Source of the DNA: Deltaproteobacteria bacterium
GTDB lineage: Bacteria; Myxococcota; UBA727; VGSZ01
Length of the DNA: 64,000 nt
Assembly (NCBI GenBank): GCA_016177705.1
Contig: JACOUT010000005.1
Location: 222,374-286,373, forward strand
Direction: 5' to 3'
Both the position numbers and the translations under genes were made by a program. Each line of letters opens with the position of its first letter. The first letter of the stretch is position 1. Shown in pieces: positions 48,458-58,348 of the stretch. Below the pieces are notes generated by a model. The model was not told the DNA's origin and did no database searches. It saw only the letters and a program-made list of their open reading frames with translations.

Positions 48458-48506
48458 CCTTCGAGTACTGACGTTCGACGACGGACCTTCGAGGTCTGGC
48501 GGAGCC

Positions 48507-51500
48507 TCAGAACTCCCAGCGGTACCAGACGTCGCCGCCGAGGTCGCCCCACTGGTTGGCGCACGAGGGGCAACTGCCGTCGTCCTCGGAGTTCCACACC
48601 AGGCGCAGGCGCACGTTGTTGTCGAAGCGCTTCTCCCACTCGACCTTCTGCTCGGTGCCACTGCCGGTGGCGTCGACCAGCGTCGACTGCAGCCGCAGGC
48701 GGCTGCCGTCGAGCGCCTGCAGGCCCGGGTTCACCTCCATGCCGAGCGCCACCGCCGGCACCGAGGCGCCGGCGCGCATGGAGAACTGCGAGGTCAGCTT
48801 CAGCTCGTCGAGCGCGAGCACGTTGGAGCGCCGCACCGCCTCGGGCAGCACGCGCTTCAGCTCCTTGTCGAGGCCGGTGTAGGCGCTCACCACCTCGAGG
48901 CCGGCCACGCCCGCGCTGCCTCCAGCGTCGCGCACCTCGTACTGCGTGAAGCCGAAGGTCAGGAGCGAGACGATGTCGATCTCGGACAGCTCGGGGGTGG
49001 AGGCGAGCTGGATGGTCGGCGCCTGCGCAGGGCCCGACAGGTGGGCAGTGACGTCGTAGTCGTGCACGCGCGTCTCGGCCTCGACGTCGAGCACCGGCAT
49101 GATGCGGTAGGTGTCGACGAAGTCGACCGCGCCGCGCGCGATGCGGTAGCGGTTGCCGCGGAAGGTGGCGTTACCGCGGATGAGCTGCACGCCGCCCTTC
49201 AAGCCGGGGCGCTCCTCGGTGCCGGTGAGGAACAAGTCGCCCTTGGCCTCGAGGTCGAGCACGTTGTTCTCGACCACGATGCCGCGGTCGGCGATCAGGT
49301 GGACGTCGAAGCGCACGTCCTCGTCGTCGCTGTCGAGCGAGTCGAGCGCGCTGGTGCGCCGCCGCAAGTCGGGCAGCAGGCGCTCCCAGTTGATGTCCTC
49401 GCCGTAGCGGGCCGAATGGATGCGCAGCTCGCCGCCGAGCGTGGGCAGCGCCGCCTCGCCGCGCAGTGTCAGGCGCCCGGAGCTGGTGGTGTCGAGCCAC
49501 TTGGGCACCTTGAGGCGCAGCCGCTGCGTGCGCAGCTCGACGTCATAGGAGTCGACGCCGTCGCTGCCGAGCGTGACCGCGCCTTGGGCCTGCAGCTTGC
49601 CGCCGCCATCGGCGCGCGCGCTGGCGCGCTCGATGACGACGTTGGGGCCGCGGAACGATAGCTCGGCCTCGAGGTCGGCAAGCGCGGGGAACGACGAGCC
49701 CTCGAGCGCCAGCTCGCCCTTGGACAAGAAGCCCTGACCGCTCATCTCGGCGTGGTCGAGGTCGCCGGTGATCGCGACGTCGAAGGAGAAGCGCCCGGCG
49801 GCGTGCTGCGCTCGTGGCCACACGCGCGACAGCGCCGCGAGCGAGCCGCGGCCCGACAGCGAAAGGTCGAGCGCGTCGTCGGCGAGCAGGCCGCGCGCCG
49901 AGATCAGGTCGACGTCGTCGCCGACCAGATCGAGCAGGTCGAAGGTCACCTGCGTGCCCTGGAAGTGCGCGGCCACGTCGGTCTTGGCGTGGAGCTGCAG
50001 GCCGCGCGTGACCAGCGAGAGCTGATCGATGGCGAGCGCACCGCGGCTCTGGCGGAAGTGCTTGAACTCGCCGCGCGCCTCGACGTCGCCGCCGAGCGTC
50101 ACGGTCACGCCCTCGGGCAGGGTGTCGGGCGGCAGCAGGGGCGCGAGCGAACCGTGCCGCACAGCGACCGCCGCGTCGTACACGAACGGTGAGCGCGTCT
50201 CGACGTGCACCGCGCCGCTACCGCGCCCGCTCAGCATCTCGCCCGTGAGCGTGAGCACGCGGCCGGCGTGCGCCAGCTTCACGTCGGCGTTGCCGATGGG
50301 CACCCTGCCGTACGCCGCCCCCTGCAGTTGCGCGGTGCCGGTGAAGCCGGGATCGCGCGCGAACAGACCGAGCTTGCCCTCGACGTCGAGCGTGCCGGCG
50401 AACGGCTTGGGCGCGTCTTTGAGCGCATCGATGCCGGCGAGCTGCGCGCCGATCAGCGCCATCTCGCCCAGCAGATCGCCGTCGGCGCGACCGACGCTCA
50501 TGGCGGCGGCACCCCTGCCGCCCGCCAGCTCGACCTCGAGCGAGTCGAGGAAGAAGCGCTCGAGCGTCAGGTGGAAGGCGCCGGTACCGGTCAGGTGCTG
50601 CGCCAGCAGCGTGGCGCCGGCCAACAGCTCGAAGGAGCCCTCGCCCTGCATGTGATCGAAGGTGCCGTCGCCCACCGCGCCCGTCATCGCCACCCTGCCG
50701 CGCACCGGGCCGTCGAGCTCGAGATCCTCCCGCAAGAAGCCGAGCACGCCGTCGACGTAGATCGGGGGCACGATGGCGCGCAGGTCCTGGGCCAACGCGC
50801 CATCGAACTGCGCGTCGACCGTCAACAGCGGCGACTCGAGCACCACGCCCTGCGCGTCCGGCGGCAGCTCGTTGAAGTCGAGCACGACGTCGCCGGCGTA
50901 GCGCGTGCGCCCGCTCTTGGTGGCGGTCACTTCCTTGAACGACAGCACATTCTTGAACAGGTGCACGTTGCCGGCGGCGTCGCCGAAGGCGAAGTCCTCG
51001 AGCGCGAACCCCGCCACGTCGAGCTCGGCGGTCAAGACCGGCGCCGACTGCGGGCCCTCCAGGTGCACGTGCCCGCGCCCGCCGCCCGCGAAGGTCAGCG
51101 TGCCGATGCGGTTGTTGGCGCTCGCGAAGTCGGCGCGTTCGGCGGTGGCGTCGAGCAACAGGCCGCGGTTCACGTCGTAGAAGATCTGAAAAAAGCCCTC
51201 GCCCCTGGTGATGCCGTCGTCGACGCCACCCTCGAAGCGCAGCCCCTCCTCGTCGATGCGGATGGCCACCGACGGCGCGGCGATGGTGCGCGGCACGTGT
51301 AGCACCAAGCGCTCATCCGGCACCTTGCGCACGTCCTCGCCGGCGACCTTGACGCCGTTGAAGACGCCGCCGCCCTTGCCCTCGAGCTGGAACGGACGCA
51401 GTGTGCCTGCCACCTCGGCGTCGCCGTCGATGATGGTGTCGGCCCACGCGCCCGGCACCCCGAGATCGGCGACCAGGTCGTAGATGGAGAAGGTGTCCGC

Positions 51501-52595
51501 GCTCGCGCGCACGCGCGTGTGCAAGGCGTCGTCGAATTGCACGGTGGCGTCGCCGCGCAGCGTGGTGCCTGCCCAGGTCCAGGACGTGTCCTCGACGTGC
51601 ACCTGGCGCTCATCGGCGCTGAAGCGAGTCCGCAGCGAACCGAGCTCGAAGCCGTCGACGACGATGGAGGCGGTCTCGAGCTGGCCGGCAGCGGTCAGAT
51701 CCTTGGCGCCGGGCTTGCCCTCGACGTGGGCGCTGACGATGGCGCCACCCTTGACGGCCACCGGCAGGTGCAGGTGTGCGAGCGCGGCGCCCAGGTCCGC
51801 GCGCGCGGCGACGTCGGCGGTGAAGGCAGGCACCAGGCCGGGCGAGCCGAGCACCACCTCGCCGGCCACCGACAGCTCGGTGTCGTCGGCGGCCAGCGTG
51901 ACGTCGGAGACGCGCACGCGCGACGGATCGAGCAGGCCGTCGCCCTTGACCACGATGCGACCGCCGAACGAATCGACCGTGATGATGTCCTCGCCTTCGT
52001 CGTCGAGGGGGCGGCGCACTTCGGCCTGCGCCACGGTGAACTTGAGGCGGTGCTCGTCGCGGCCGCGGTCGCCCAGCCGCATCTCGATGCCGTCGAAGTG
52101 CGCGCTGACGCGCTCCTTGCCTTGCGAATGCACGCGCAGCTCGACGGTGCCGCCGTGCAGGCGCAGATCAGCGACGTCGACGCGCGGCAGCTCGACGGTG
52201 CCACCGCCCTGCGGGATGAGGATGCCCGCGATGGCGCCGTCGACGACGCGTAGGTCGACGCGCGGGCGCACCACCTCGAGCCGCTCGAGGCGCACGCGCC
52301 GCTCGAACAGCTTGAGCGGCGCCACCTCGGCCTGCACGCGCTCGGCGGAGAACAGCGCGCGCCCGTCGGCGCCCTTGAGCAGCACGGGGCCCATGTCGAC
52401 GCGCGCGGTCTGCGGGTCGACCTCGATGTGCGCCACCACCAGCGTCAGGCCGAAGCGCTCCTGCAACGCGTCCGACAGCTCACCGAGCGCGAAGGTCAGC
52501 GTGGGCTCGCTGGTGAGCGCGCGCACCACCAGCGCCACGCCGATGCACAGCAGCGCGAGCCGAATGGGCAGACGTGGACGACGACGACGCGCCAC
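48507..52595 (-). CDS. tamB: translocation and assembly module subunit TamB (AsmA-like, DUF490 C-terminus)
   Basis: N-terminal TM anchor, 1362 aa of beta-rich repeats. Conserved C-terminal block FRGNRYRIARGAVDFVDTYRIMPVLDVEAETRV...SEIDIVSLLTFG. Confidence 0.8.
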   Translation of the reverse strand: MARRRRPRLPIRLALLCIGVALVVRALTSEPTLTFALGELSDALQERFGLTLVVAHIEVDPQTARVDMGPVLLKGADGRALFSAERVQAEVAPLKLFERRVRLERLEVVRPRVDLRVVDGAIAGILIPQGGGTVELPRVDVADLRLHGGTVELRVHSQGKERVSAHFDGIEMRLGDRGRDEHRLKFTVAQAEVRRPLDDEGEDIITVDSFGGRIVVKGDGLLDPSRVRVSDVTLAADDTELSVAGEVVLGSPGLVPAFTADVAARADLGAALAHLHLPVAVKGGAIVSAHVEGKPGAKDLTAAGQLETASIVVDGFELGSLRTRFSADERQVHVEDTSWTWAGTTLRGDATVQFDDALHTRVRASADTFSIYDLVADLGVPGAWADTIIDGDAEVAGTLRPFQLEGKGGGVFNGVKVAGEDVRKVPDERLVLHVPRTIAAPSVAIRIDEEGLRFEGGVDDGITRGEGFFQIFYDVNRGLLLDATAERADFASANNRIGTLTFAGGGRGHVHLEGPQSAPVLTAELDVAGFALEDFAFGDAAGNVHLFKNVLSFKEVTATKSGRTRYAGDVVLDFNELPPDAQGVVLESPLLTVDAQFDGALAQDLRAIVPPIYVDGVLGFLREDLELDGPVRGRVAMTGAVGDGTFDHMQGEGSFELLAGATLLAQHLTGTGAFHLTLERFFLDSLEVELAGGRGAAAMSVGRADGDLLGEMALIGAQLAGIDALKDAPKPFAGTLDVEGKLGLFARDPGFTGTAQLQGAAYGRVPIGNADVKLAHAGRVLTLTGEMLSGRGSGAVHVETRSPFVYDAAVAVRHGSLAPLLPPDTLPEGVTVTLGGDVEARGEFKHFRQSRGALAIDQLSLVTRGLQLHAKTDVAAHFQGTQVTFDLLDLVGDDVDLISARGLLADDALDLSLSGRGSLAALSRVWPRAQHAAGRFSFDVAITGDLDHAEMSGQGFLSKGELALEGSSFPALADLEAELSFRGPNVVIERASARADGGGKLQAQGAVTLGSDGVDSYDVELRTQRLRLKVPKWLDTTSSGRLTLRGEAALPTLGGELRIHSARYGEDINWERLLPDLRRRTSALDSLDSDDEDVRFDVHLIADRGIVVENNVLDLEAKGDLFLTGTEERPGLKGGVQLIRGNATFRGNRYRIARGAVDFVDTYRIMPVLDVEAETRVHDYDVTAHLSGPAQAPTIQLASTPELSEIDIVSLLTFGFTQYEVRDAGGSAGVAGLEVVSAYTGLDKELKRVLPEAVRRSNVLALDELKLTSQFSMRAGASVPAVALGMEVNPGLQALDGSRLRLQSTLVDATGSGTEQKVEWEKRFDNNVRLRLVWNSEDDGSCPSCANQWGDLGGDVWYRWEF

Positions 52596-52670
52596 CGCGG
52601 CAGTATCGCGTCGCCGGTGACTCCGCGCCAGTTGGGGGCCACTGCCGTGCCAGCTACCGGGCAGTGCAGC

Positions 52671-52997
52671 TCACAGCAGGAACTTCACCCGCTCGTCGCC
52701 CTTGAGCGCGGCGTAGATCGAGTACACCTCGTCGCCGGAGGTGACGTACAGGTCGAGCGTCAGGCTCTCATACGCGCCGTGGGCCGAGGCGCGCACCCAG
52801 TGCTCGTCGTCGCGTACGGTGCGGCCGAGCACCTCGCCCACGCGCTGCAAGAGCGACGCGACGAAGCCCCCCGTGGCGCGCCCGATGGCCTTGAAGCGGA
52901 ACACGCAGGGGAACTGCACCAAGTCGTGGATGCGCCGCTGCTCGATGCCCGTGCCGAGAGACCAACCGAGGAGCGGCCCTGCGTGGTCGTCGCCCAT
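52671..52997 (-). CDS. DUF493 / YbeD-family (UPF0250) protein
   Basis: FPCVFRFKAIG hallmark of the YbeD family. Confidence 0.7.
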   Translation of the reverse strand: MGDDHAGPLLGWSLGTGIEQRRIHDLVQFPCVFRFKAIGRATGGFVASLLQRVGEVLGRTVRDDEHWVRASAHGAYESLTLDLYVTSGDEVYSIYAALKGDERVKFLL

Positions 52998-53069
52998 GTG
53001 CCCAATGGTAGCGCGCGCAAAACGGGCGTGCCTGATCGCGCTCGGGCGGACACTTGCCTACACAGGGCG

Positions 53070-54539
53070 TCAGCGGCCGTTCTTCACCGGCACCTGGCGC
53101 AGGATCTCCGAGAGATAGGTCCAGAAGCGCGTCACCGACGGGATGTCCACGTGCTCGTCGGGCGAGTGCGGGTAGCGGATGGTCGGGCCGATCGAGACCG
53201 CCTCCATGTGCGGGTATGCGGCGCGGATGATGCCGCACTCGAGCCCGCCGTGCGTCGCGGTCAGCTTGGCTGCCTTGCCGAATTTCTCGGAGTAGGCGCG
53301 TTGGCAGACGGCGAGGAGCTGCGACTTCACGTCGGGCGCCCAGCCCGGGTAGGCGCCGAACACCGTCACCTCGGCGCCGAGCAGCTCGAAGACCGCGCGC
53401 AGCGTCTCGGCCACGTCGGTCTTTTTGGAGTCGACCGAGCTCCTGAACATGCAGTGGACCTTGAGCACGCCCTTGGCGAGGTCGACGATGGCCAGGTTGT
53501 TCGACGTCTCGGTGACGGTCGGCATGTCCCGCACCATGGCGAAGGCGCCGTGCGGGCAGGCGACCAGCGCGTCGAGCACGCGATCACCGTCCGCCTTGGC
53601 GAGCGCCTTCTGGGGTGCGCGCAGCTTCTCCGTCGTCACCGTCAGGCCCGGGTCGACCGCGGCCAGCTCGGCCTTGGCCGCCCTGGCGGCGGCCGCGACC
53701 GCCGCTTGGGCGCGCTCGACGTCCTTGGCCGCCACCACCACGACGGCCTCGGCGCTGCGCGGGATGGCGTTTCGCAGGTCGCCGCCGGCGAATCGCGACA
53801 GGCGCAGCGGCACCTGGTGACGCGCCGACGTCAACACGCGCGCCAGCACCTTGTTGGCGTTGCCGCGCCCGAGGTGGATGTCGACGCCGGAGTGGCCGCC
53901 CTTGAGGCCGGCCACTGCCACTTTGATGGCGGCGGAGCCCTTGGGCACCGCGCGCTCGGTCTTCTTGTGCGCGGCCTTGAGGTCGGCGCCGCCGGCGCAA
54001 CCGATGCAGATCTCGCCCTCGTCCTCGGAGTCGAGGTTGAGCAAGAGGTCGCCGTGCAACAGGCCCTCCTTGAGGCCATTGGCGCCGCTCATGCCCGTCT
54101 CCTCGTCGACGGTGAACAGCGCCTCGATGGGCCCGTGCGCCAGATCCTTCGACTGCAACACCGACAGCGCGGTGGCGACGCCGATGCCGTTGTCGGCGCC
54201 GAGCGTGGTGCCGGTGGCGCGCACCGCCTGGCCGTCGATGCGCGGCAGGATCGGGTCACGCTCGAAGTCGTGCTTCGAGTCGGCGGTGCGCTGCGGCACC
54301 ATGTCGAGGTGGGCCTGCAGCACCGTCGTGCGTCGGTTCTCCATGCCGGGCGTCGCCGGCTTGCTGACGATGACGTTGCCCGCCTCGTCCAGCCGCGCCG
54401 GCAGGCCCCAGGAGCGCGCCAGCGCGATGATGTGCGCCGCCGCCTTGCCCTCCTTCTTGGAGGGGCGGGGGATGGCGCAGAGCTTCTCGAAGTGCTGCCA
54501 GAGGGGCTTGGGCTCAAGACCAGCGAGGACGTCCGTCAT
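53070..54539 (-). CDS. pepD: aminoacyl-histidine (Xaa-His) dipeptidase, M20 family
   Basis: Motifs LQAHLDMV, GADNGIGVA and VDEETGMSGA. The length and order are typical of PepD. Confidence 0.85.
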   Translation of the reverse strand: MTDVLAGLEPKPLWQHFEKLCAIPRPSKKEGKAAAHIIALARSWGLPARLDEAGNVIVSKPATPGMENRRTTVLQAHLDMVPQRTADSKHDFERDPILPRIDGQAVRATGTTLGADNGIGVATALSVLQSKDLAHGPIEALFTVDEETGMSGANGLKEGLLHGDLLLNLDSEDEGEICIGCAGGADLKAAHKKTERAVPKGSAAIKVAVAGLKGGHSGVDIHLGRGNANKVLARVLTSARHQVPLRLSRFAGGDLRNAIPRSAEAVVVVAAKDVERAQAAVAAAARAAKAELAAVDPGLTVTTEKLRAPQKALAKADGDRVLDALVACPHGAFAMVRDMPTVTETSNNLAIVDLAKGVLKVHCMFRSSVDSKKTDVAETLRAVFELLGAEVTVFGAYPGWAPDVKSQLLAVCQRAYSEKFGKAAKLTATHGGLECGIIRAAYPHMEAVSIGPTIRYPHSPDEHVDIPSVTRFWTYLSEILRQVPVKNGR

Positions 54540-54698
54540 GGGTGCCGACTAGCGCGTGGCACGGCGTCAGGCCAGTGGGTGCACGCCGTACAAGCGCCTA
54601 CACCGAGAAAACTCGCGGACCGGGGTGTCGTATCGCGCGCGCCTGCTGGACAAGCTCGCCGGCAGCGACCATGACGGCCGCGGGGGTGGAGGCTGGGC

Positions 54699-55682
<984 letters not shown>

Positions 55683-55841
55683 GGCAGACGTCGTTCGTCC
55701 CCGGTTGACGGCCCCGTGAGAGGCGGGGAGAACGCGCCATCCATCAAGGGGTCGGCCGCCGGGTGCGGTCTGGTCCCACGCCCTGCGAGGCGGGACGGCA
55801 TGACGCCGCGCCCGCGTCATCGAGGGGAGAGGAGCTGAGTC

Positions 55842-56582
55842 ATGTCCGGAACCACCGGCCCCACCGCCATTTCCGCCACCATTCGCGCCAAGCAGGGCAA
55901 GGGCGCCTCGCGCCAGGCCCGCCTGGCCGGTTCGGTCCCCGCCGTCATCTACGGCATGAAGAAAGATCCGCTCGCCGTCACGGTCGACCCGCGCGAGCTG
56001 GCCAAGGCCGTCACCGGGCCGCTGCGCAGGAACGCGGTGCTCACGCTCAACCTCAAGGACGCCGCCGGCAAGGCGCAGGGCGCGCGCCACGTGCTGGTGC
56101 GCGAGCTGCAGATCCACCCGGTGCGCCGCACGCCGTCGCACGTGGACTTCCTCGAGCTCGATCCCAAGGTGCCGGCGCTCATGAAGGTGCCCCTCGAGGT
56201 CACCGGCAAGTCGAAGGCAGTGGCGGACGGCGCCAAGCTCCAACTCGTGGTGCGCACCATCAACGTCAGCGTGGTGCCGACCGAGGTGCCCGAGAAGCTC
56301 CTGCTCGACGTCACCGGGCAGGGCTTCGGCGTCATGCGCGCCAAGTCGCTGACCATGCCGAAGGGCGTCACGCTGCTCGACTCGATCGAGATGCCGATTG
56401 TCTCCGTGCGCATGCCGCGCGGCGACAAGGAGGAAGAGGCGGCAGCGGCGGCGGCGGCGGCAGCGCCGGCCGAGGGCGCGGCGCCTGCGGCGGGTGCGGC
56501 GGACGCCAAGGCGGGCGCGGCTGCGGCCCCGGCGGCGGGCAAGGACGCGCCGAAGTCCGACGACAAGGGCAAGAAGAAGTGA
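55842..56582 (+). CDS. rplY: 50S ribosomal protein L25 / general stress protein Ctc
   Basis: L25/Ctc N-terminal domain (RQARLAGSVPAVIYG) plus an Ala/Lys-rich tail. The prs-rplY-pth order is conserved. Confidence 0.85.
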   Translation: MSGTTGPTAISATIRAKQGKGASRQARLAGSVPAVIYGMKKDPLAVTVDPRELAKAVTGPLRRNAVLTLNLKDAAGKAQGARHVLVRELQIHPVRRTPSHVDFLELDPKVPALMKVPLEVTGKSKAVADGAKLQLVVRTINVSVVPTEVPEKLLLDVTGQGFGVMRAKSLTMPKGVTLLDSIEMPIVSVRMPRGDKEEEAAAAAAAAAPAEGAAPAAGAADAKAGAAAAPAAGKDAPKSDDKGKKK

Positions 56583-56620
56583 TCGGGCGCGCCCTGAGCG
56601 CCTGAGAACTGGCCCTCGCT

Positions 56621-57223
56621 GTGTGGCTCATCGTCGGGCTCGGCAATCCCGGGCGCGAGTACGCGGGAACCCGACACAACGTCGGGTTCCTGGTCGTCGA
56701 CGTGCTGGCGCGGCGCCACGGCGCGGGCGCCTTCGCGGCGAAATTCAAGGCCGACGTGGCGCAGGCCAAGGTGGGCGGCGCGAGCGCGCTGTTGCTCAAG
56801 CCGCAGACCTTCATGAACCTGTCGGGGCAGGCGGTGCAGCCGGCCATGGCCTTCTACAAGGTCGCGCTCGAGCACGTGGTGGTGGTCCACGACGACCTCG
56901 ACCTCGAGCTCGGCCAGATCAAGCTCAAGCGCGGCGGCTCGCCGGCGGGGCACAACGGGCTCAAGAGCATCGACAGCCAGATCGGCCAGAACTACCTGCG
57001 CGTGCGCGCGGGCATCGGCCACCCGCGCAGCAAGGCGCCCGAGGGCGCAGCGCCGCGCTCAGGCGGCGTGGTCGGCCACGTGCTCGGCGGCTTCAAGGGC
57101 AAGGACGCGGAGGAGGCGGCCATCCTCGTCGAGAACTGCGCCGACGCGGTCGAGGAGCTGATCGCCGGCGGCCTCGAGAAGGCGCAACTGCGTTTCCACA
57201 GCCTGAAGCCCAAGGGCAGCTGA
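56621..57223 (+). CDS. pth: peptidyl-tRNA hydrolase
   Basis: Motifs LIVGLGNPG, TRHNVGF and GHNGLKS. GTG start. Confidence 0.9.
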   Translation: MWLIVGLGNPGREYAGTRHNVGFLVVDVLARRHGAGAFAAKFKADVAQAKVGGASALLLKPQTFMNLSGQAVQPAMAFYKVALEHVVVVHDDLDLELGQIKLKRGGSPAGHNGLKSIDSQIGQNYLRVRAGIGHPRSKAPEGAAPRSGGVVGHVLGGFKGKDAEEAAILVENCADAVEELIAGGLEKAQLRFHSLKPKGS

Positions 57224-57230
57224 ACGCTGC

Positions 57231-58223
57231 TCAACGCTTCTTCAGCAGGCTCGGCAGCGACAGCACGGCTATGGCGACCACGATCAGCGCGGCGCCCAGC
57301 AGCTCGAAGGTCGAGGGCAGGGCAGCGGCGAAGATGGCGGCGCTGGCGAAGCTCGCCACCAGGCCGGCCAGGATGCTCGAGGCGCGGTTGACCGGCACGC
57401 AGAAGGTGTTCTCGCGCTTGTCGAGCAGGATCAGCCCGCCAAAGATGCCGGTGCCCTGCGAGAGCAGGCCCACCGCCAGGATCCAGCCGATGGTCGGCTC
57501 GCTCCAGATGTCGACGAAGCCGCGTTGCAAGTCGAGCGCCACCGGCGTGCTGCCGAGCAGCGCCCACAGGGCAAGCACCACCACCACGAGCGGCGTGGCC
57601 ACCATCTGCTCCTCGACGAAGTAGCGCGTGTTGGCGTCGGGATCCTCGCTCTTGGCGCTGCCGCTCATGATGCGCAAGCGCACGAAGTACGACGCGAGGT
57701 AGAGGCCGATGTCGAGAGCGGCGGCGCCCGAGAGCACGAAGCCGCCCTTCTCGGCGAACACCACGATGAGCGCGACCAGCGAGAGGGCGAGCGCGGTCCA
57801 GGAGGTCCACTGCACCCGGCGGCGGGAGATGGCATCGACGATGGGCGCGATGACCAAGACGCCGCCGCGCATCAGCAGCATGGCGAACACGATCGAGATG
57901 CCGTCGAAGGTGTAGGCGAGCGTGGTGGTGACCACGATGGTCGCGGTGCACGCGCCGGACACGAGCAGGCGCGGGCGCGGCACCGGCACCGACCAGCGCC
58001 AAAGCTGCCGGTGGGTGGCGAAGCGCCACCAGCGCGCGACCGTCAAGAAGGTGAACATGCCGACCACGGAGGCGAGCACCGTCGAGGGCAGCAGCACGAA
58101 GCCGTCGATGGGCGCCGCCATGCCGTCGAGCTGCCCCTTGGAGAGGAGCTTGGCGAGCGCGCTGTAGGGCGCGTAGCAGGCGAAGTAGCCGAACGCGAAC
58201 CACCAAATGGAGAGCCCGCGCAT
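57231..58223 (-). CDS. integral membrane protein, hypothetical (about 10 TM helices)
   Basis: Strong GC3 bias and hydrophobic segments throughout. No family recognised. Confidence 0.5.
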   Translation of the reverse strand: MRGLSIWWFAFGYFACYAPYSALAKLLSKGQLDGMAAPIDGFVLLPSTVLASVVGMFTFLTVARWWRFATHRQLWRWSVPVPRPRLLVSGACTATIVVTTTLAYTFDGISIVFAMLLMRGGVLVIAPIVDAISRRRVQWTSWTALALSLVALIVVFAEKGGFVLSGAAALDIGLYLASYFVRLRIMSGSAKSEDPDANTRYFVEEQMVATPLVVVVLALWALLGSTPVALDLQRGFVDIWSEPTIGWILAVGLLSQGTGIFGGLILLDKRENTFCVPVNRASSILAGLVASFASAAIFAAALPSTFELLGAALIVVAIAVLSLPSLLKKR

Positions 58224-58248
58224 CGCCCGATGGTAGCGGCAACACGAT

Positions 58249-58300
58249 CCCCGTGCCCGTGCCCGTGCCCGTGTCCGTGCCCGTGTCCGTGCCCGTGCCC
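58249..58300. repeat. (CCCGTG)n hexanucleotide microsatellite, ~8.7 units (two units TCCGTG)
   Basis: Read directly from the sequence. Lies in the divergent intergenic region ~50 nt upstream of the 58349 ATG. Confidence 0.9.
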
Positions 58301-58348
58301 GAATTCACCCGATTGACACGAGCGCAGGTCCGCGCGACAGATCGCATC

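Noticed and set aside
58253-58348. N-terminal (PV)8 extension of the alpha/beta-hydrolase ORF
   Set aside because: The ATG at 58349 is followed immediately by a canonical lipoprotein signal peptide, whereas the upstream in-frame stretch is just the (CCCGTG)n microsatellite read as codons. It is treated as promoter/5' region, though translation is not strictly excluded.
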